Shown piece by piece: positions 60,004-64,000 of a stretch of DNA of 64,000 bases. How positions within the stretch are numbered: the first letter of the stretch is position 1; each line of letters starts with the position of its first letter. The notes under the pieces are model-generated. The model was not told the DNA's origin. It was given only the letters and a program-made list of their open reading frames with translations, and searched no databases. The DNA lies in contig JAHITE010000125.1 in NCBI GenBank assembly GCA_018817585.1, positions 12,580-76,579 on the forward strand, written 5' to 3'. This stretch comes from Candidatus Omnitrophota bacterium. GTDB lineage: Bacteria > Omnitrophota > Gorgyraeia > B26-G9. The position numbers and the translations under genes are program-made.

Positions 60004-60716
60004 AGAAAATTACTGATATGGATACTCCTCTTTCGCTTATGGACCATTTGGAGGAATTGCGCAATCGGATCCTTTTTTCTCTGGTTTTAATAATCAGCTG
60101 CACGGCATTGGTTTATAACTTTACTACAGAGATTATGAATATTTTAGTTCGTTCTGTGGGTAAATTGTATTTTATGGGTCCGGCCGAGGCTTTTTGGGTT
60201 AAAGTAAAATTAGCTTTTTTTATTGGATTATATTGCTCTTTGCCTTTTTTGTTCTATCAAATATGGAAATTCGTTGAGCTTGGCTTAAGGCGGGATGAGA
60301 AGAAACAAGTTTTACCTTTAACAATTTTCAGTTTTTTATTATTTACAATCGGCGCTTGCTTCTGTTATTTTTTCGTTATTCCTGTGGCAATAAAGTTTTT
60401 ACTTTCTTATGGCACAGAGACATTGATTCCCTTGATATCAGTGAGTAAGTATCTTTCATTTATTGGTTGTCTGGTGTTCGCGTTTGGCAGTACTTTTCAA
60501 CTACCTTTGGTTTTAATGTTTATGGCCAGAATCGGGATCGTTAACGCGCGATCATTATGTAAGTTCAGGCGTTTTGCTGTCTTGGGCAGTTTTATTGTCG
60601 GCGCGGCGCTTACACCGACTCCTGATATGGTTAATCAGACATTGCTGGCTTTGCCGATAATTGTGTTATATGAATTGAGTATATTGTTGATCAGAATTTT
60701 TGAAAGGAAGGGATAA
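60000..60716 (+). CDS. tatC: TatC
   Basis: [21 protein letters not shown]. Confidence 0.95.
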   Translation: MKKITDMDTPLSLMDHLEELRNRILFSLVLIISCTALVYNFTTEIMNILVRSVGKLYFMGPAEAFWVKVKLAFFIGLYCSLPFLFYQIWKFVELGLRRDEKKQVLPLTIFSFLLFTIGACFCYFFVIPVAIKFLLSYGTETLIPLISVSKYLSFIGCLVFAFGSTFQLPLVLMFMARIGIVNARSLCKFRRFAVLGSFIVGAALTPTPDMVNQTLLALPIIVLYELSILLIRIFERKG

Positions 60717-60717
60717 A

Positions 60718-60897
60718 ATGGGAAGATTTGGCATGCCGGAATTAGTATTGATATTATTTATTCTATTACTTTTGTTTGGGGCAAGTAAACTGCCGGAAAT
60801 AGCCCGTTCAATGGGGCAGAGCATTAATGAATTTAAGAAAACAATGAATGCTAAGGAAGATAAAGGCAAGGCTGATAAATCAGAAGAACAAAAGTAG
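60718..60897 (+). CDS. tatA: TatA/E subunit
   Basis: FGMPEL, LFGASKLPE, EFKK; ATG 60718. Confidence 0.88.
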   Translation: MGRFGMPELVLILFILLLLFGASKLPEIARSMGQSINEFKKTMNAKEDKGKADKSEEQK

Positions 60898-61005
60898 TTT
60901 TTACCAAGGTATTGAGTGTGAATAAAGCGTAATTCTTTTTGGCTGGGAAATTAATGAGTCGCGAAGACACTGGCTTTAACTTAAAATAGAGCAGCTATAA
61001 TTAAT

Positions 61006-61040
61006 AAAAAAGAGACATTAAATCAATAATGTCTCTTTTT
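61006..61040. terminator. Probable bidirectional terminator between convergent units
   Basis: AAAAAAGAGACATTA/TAATGTCTCTTTTT. Confidence 0.75.
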
Positions 61041-61060
61041 ATATGCTCAAAATGATTAAA

Positions 61061-61579
61061 TTACCAGGCAAAGTTGCTGTTTTTTTCAGTTGCTTGTTTT
61101 TTCTGATCCTTAGAATTTTTCTTTGCTTCTGGTTCTGGTTTCTTTTTTATTGTATTTTGTTTAAGCTGTTCAAGTTCTTGGTTTAAGCTAAGCTCTTTTT
61201 CTTTTAGTCGAACTAACTCTTCACCGAGTATTGTATTAGTATCTTTTAATTCCTCTAATGTTTTACTGCTTTGATTATGGCCTTCTTTGGTGATTTGCAG
61301 CTTAGAGCGTAATTCTTCTTTTGCTTTTTCTTCTTCTTTTAGATTATTTTTTAATTCGTATTCTTTTTGCTGTAAGCTTGCGATTTTATTCTGAATGCTT
61401 TTAAGATTATTAGTGATAACCGTGTTCGCTAAAGTTAGTTTTTCCAGTTTCGCATTAAGCTCTTTACTTTTTTCTAATTCAACTCGTTTTCTGGAATTAG
61501 CTCCTGCTGCCCATAAAACACAGATAATTGTACTTAAAAGAAGCAGAAGAACAAGCTTCCGGAGCATTGATTCTTTCAT
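61061..61579 (-). CDS. Membrane-anchored coiled-coil protein
   Basis: N-terminal TM helix followed by an E/K/L heptad-rich region. Confidence 0.75.
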   Translation of the reverse strand: MKESMLRKLVLLLLLSTIICVLWAAGANSRKRVELEKSKELNAKLEKLTLANTVITNNLKSIQNKIASLQQKEYELKNNLKEEEKAKEELRSKLQITKEGHNQSSKTLEELKDTNTILGEELVRLKEKELSLNQELEQLKQNTIKKKPEPEAKKNSKDQKKQATEKNSNFAW

Positions 61580-61582
61580 TTT

Positions 61583-62230
61583 TTATTTCATAGCTCCGCT
61601 CTGTTGCCCAGATTTCTTTTTAATGATTTTCTCTGGTAAAATAGTAATTTCTACGCGTCTGTTTTGTTCCCGGTCTACTTTGCTGTCATTGGATGCTACT
61701 GGCCGAAATTCCCCATAGCCAACAGCGGATAAACGTCTGGGATCAATATCTCTATTGTCTACAAGATAGTGCAGTACGCTTGTTGCCCGGGCAGTGGAAA
61801 GTTCCCAGTTTGATTTCCAATTAGATTGTTTGATCGGCTGATTATCAGTGTGTCCTTCAATCGCGATATCCCGATTACTGACTTGATTATTTAATACCGT
61901 GGAAACTCTGTCCAATACAGAATAGGCTGATTTTCTTAATTCAGCTTTACCCGAATCAAATAATACTTCATCAACAAATGTGATTACCAGGCCTTTATTG
62001 AGCATTTCTACCCGGATTTGTTTTTCTTCGATTTCTTTTTTAAGCTGTTCGGCAAGTTCATTTCTGGCACGCTCTAATTGCTCTCGAGCTAATCTTTCCT
62101 GGGAAAGCTCTGAACTTAAATTATCAATTTTATCTAAGTCATTAGGATTTCTTTTTTGCAGAATGATTGAACAGCCGCAGAGACTAATTAATAATGGTAC
62201 TGCAATTAAATATTTCCATTTAGCAAACAT
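61583..62230 (-). CDS. OmpA/MotB-like peptidoglycan-binding lipoprotein
   Basis: Lipobox-like LCGC, coiled coil, LFDSG, EGHTD, NWELSTARA, NRRVEI. Confidence 0.88.
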   Translation of the reverse strand: MFAKWKYLIAVPLLISLCGCSIILQKRNPNDLDKIDNLSSELSQERLAREQLERARNELAEQLKKEIEEKQIRVEMLNKGLVITFVDEVLFDSGKAELRKSAYSVLDRVSTVLNNQVSNRDIAIEGHTDNQPIKQSNWKSNWELSTARATSVLHYLVDNRDIDPRRLSAVGYGEFRPVASNDSKVDREQNRRVEITILPEKIIKKKSGQQSGAMK

Positions 62231-62253
62231 ATATACCTCCTTAATTTTAATGA

Positions 62254-62742
62254 TTAATTAGAATTATTATTCTTAGTTTGATCAAGATATATTTTTAAAG
62301 CAGCCCAGGTTTTATTACCGACAATCCCATCAACTGTTAAATTATTTTCTTTTTGAAATTCCTGAATTGCTTTTTTTGTTTTTGGTCCGAGTTTCCCGTC
62401 AATATCTCCAATATCAAATCCCGCATTATGCAAGGCGTTTTGGACATCAATAATTCGATATCCTTTGGCCGCGAGATTAGCATCTTTACCTACAGCCGGT
62501 AATACCTCTGTGGGAGATACGCTAACTCTTGCCGCGGGTTCCGATTGATCTCCCATTAGCAGCTGCCTGTTAGCTTCAGGTTGACTTATTATTTCAATTT
62601 CCGGCAGAACATATCTTTCAGATTCTCTTTTTTTCGCGGCTTTTGGGCGTTTACTCATTGCTAGGGAATAAGGCGTAAAGCTGATTAATATAATTACCGC
62701 GAAAAAAAATATTAAAATATTAAAAAATAATTTTTTTTTCAA
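62254..62742 (-). CDS. Exported peptidoglycan-binding (PG_binding_1) protein
   Basis: Signal peptide; VQNAL..AGF..G.IDG..GPKT..AIQEFQ..L.VDGIVG..TW. Confidence 0.88.
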   Translation of the reverse strand: MKKKLFFNILIFFFAVIILISFTPYSLAMSKRPKAAKKRESERYVLPEIEIISQPEANRQLLMGDQSEPAARVSVSPTEVLPAVGKDANLAAKGYRIIDVQNALHNAGFDIGDIDGKLGPKTKKAIQEFQKENNLTVDGIVGNKTWAALKIYLDQTKNNNSN

Positions 62743-62781
62743 TTAAAGTCCCCTAGACTGTATGAATCAGAAAGTAATTAA

Positions 62782-62810
62782 ATTCTATCATTTTTAAAAT
62801 TTAAAGTCAA
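62782..62810 (-). promoter_or_regulatory. Putative sigma70 promoter
   Basis: TTGACT-17 nt-TAGAAT on the minus strand. Confidence 0.55.
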
Positions 62811-62848
62811 GCATCGCGCTGTCCTTATTGCTAAGGATAGCGCTGCTT
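62811..62848 (-). terminator. Hairpin right after the bL37-like ORF
   Basis: GCGCTGTCCTTA/TAAGGATAGCGC stem; weak U tract. Confidence 0.45.
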
Positions 62849-62850
62849 AA

Positions 62851-62934
62851 CTACGCGCCACGAGTAGGCTTACGTCCGTGGTTCGCTTTCTTTGATTTCC
62901 ACTTAAGCTTACCTTTTCTTGTTCTTTTTGCCAT
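62851..62934 (-). CDS. 27-aa basic peptide, 50S ribosomal protein bL37-like
   Basis: Hand translation MAKRTRKGKLKWKSKKANHGRKPTRGA; AGGTGA SD 6 nt upstream; shares MAKR and KANHG(K/R)xP with mycobacterial bL37. Confidence 0.75.
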   Translation of the reverse strand: MAKRTRKGKLKWKSKKANHGRKPTRGA

Positions 62935-63109
62935 TGCTTTTCACCTGCCTTTAATCTGTCCAAAGAGAGTTCCTTGGAATTTCTATTAACATTTAAACAT
63001 GTTTTGGCTTAAAATTGGCGCTAAACTTTATTTATTTTTACATATTCTTTACTATATTGAGACAAAAAAGCCAATTTGTCAATCTCGATTTTGAAAAACA
63101 TCTAATGTT

Positions 63110-64000
63110 TTATGTCGAAGCAGAAGCACTAAGCGAGTATTTAGAACGTTTGCCTTTTTTAAATAAATGATATCCCAGCACTCCGATCATCGCGGCATTA
63201 TCCAGACAAAGATGAATGTTCGGGAATAATACTTGAATATTTGCTTGTTTTCCTGCCGCTTGAAGCTGTTTTCGGAGAAAACTATTGCAGGCAACTCCGC
63301 CGCCTACTGATAAGCAATTAATATTATGTTTTTTACAGGCAGCGATGCTCTTGGTTACCAATATTTCCACTACTTGTTTTTGGAATGCGTGGGCAATTTG
63401 CGTTTTTGCTTTTTTATTTTTAATCTTTAATTTATTCCAAGTGTACAGAACATCAGTTTTTATGCCGCTAAAACTAAAATCAAAACTATTTTCCAGTTTA
63501 GCGCATTTTAGCTGAAAAGGAGAAAGACTGATGCTTGAGGCAAGTTTATCAATCTGCGGTCCGCCGGGATAAGGTAACTCCAATAATTTCGCGACTTTAT
63601 CATAAGCTTCTCCAGCCGCGTCATCGCGGGTATTTCCAATTATTTTAATATTATCAAAATCTTTTACCAGGGCTAAACTAGTATGTCCGCCGGAAACAGT
63701 TAATCCGATAAACGGAAATTGAAATTTTTTTTCCTGGATAAACGGCGCGAACATATGCGCGTGAATGTGATTGACCCCGAGAAACGGTTTATTGATTGCT
63801 AAGCTAATAGCTTTAGCAAAAGATAGTCCGACTAAAAGCGAACCAACCAGCCCAGGAGCATAAGTCGCGGCAATCAAATCAATATCCGATAGGTTTAGAT
63901 CAGCTTTTTTTAGCGCGTCTTCGACAACCAAAGTTATATATTCTAAATGAAAGCGAGAGGCTATTTCCGGTACAATGCCGCCGAATTTACGATGCATGTG
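63110..64000 (-). CDS. tsaD: t6A threonylcarbamoyltransferase TsaD (5' truncated by the window edge)
   Basis: GGIVPEIASR, HIHAH, VSGGHT, DDAAGEAYDK, FSFSG, GGVACN, DNAAMI. Confidence 0.96.
   Translation of the reverse strand, partial: HMHRKFGGIVPEIASRFHLEYITLVVEDALKKADLNLSDIDLIAATYAPGLVGSLLVGLSFAKAISLAINKPFLGVNHIHAHMFAPFIQEKKFQFPFIGLTVSGGHTSLALVKDFDNIKIIGNTRDDAAGEAYDKVAKLLELPYPGGPQIDKLASSISLSPFQLKCAKLENSFDFSFSGIKTDVLYTWNKLKIKNKKAKTQIAHAFQKQVVEILVTKSIAACKKHNINCLSVGGGVACNSFLRKQLQAAGKQANIQVLFPNIHLCLDNAAMIGVLGYHLFKKGKRSKYSLSASAST

Noticed and set aside
61583-62230. Flagellar stator motB
   Set aside because: Lipoprotein-type N-terminus, no TM Asp motif and no motA.

Overview
Low-GC bacterial chromosomal window, almost entirely + strand, with a short - strand block at the right end. 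The gene content (LPS transferase WaaA, outer-membrane barrels, Ahb heme pathway, type IV pilus genes scattered in biosynthetic operons) fits an anaerobic diderm, probably Ca. Omnitrophota/PVC; this is an inference, not a database result. Gene order: thiL(3')-tsaE-tsaB-alr; three minor-pilin-like genes plus two paralogous exported proteins with phage-fibre-chaperone-like C-termini; ilvD-ilvB-ilvN-pilT-ilvC-leuA; aroE-pilD-aroC; era; a Tat-exported group-1 [NiFe] hydrogenase with protease and tetraheme cytochrome c; a porin; a heme-c MCP/cheWYCDBAC operon with no cheR that ends in a long FtsA/actin-fold protein carrying repeated beta-grasp-like units; topA-xerC-waaA; rlmN; recJ; a decayed phosphatase beside a putative exported HipA/PI3K-like kinase; trkH; hemB-ahbDAB-hemL-tat; an unannotated 27-aa bL37-like ORF; tsaD. 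The intergenic DNA holds a family of ~122-nt structured repeats with compensatory changes, related multi-branched hairpins, a REP pair and short-period repeat tracts. No rRNA, tRNA, CRISPR array or intact transposase was seen. The best candidates for an undescribed system are the che operon with its actin-fold terminal gene, the structured repeat family, and the minor-pilin plus fibre-chaperone module.
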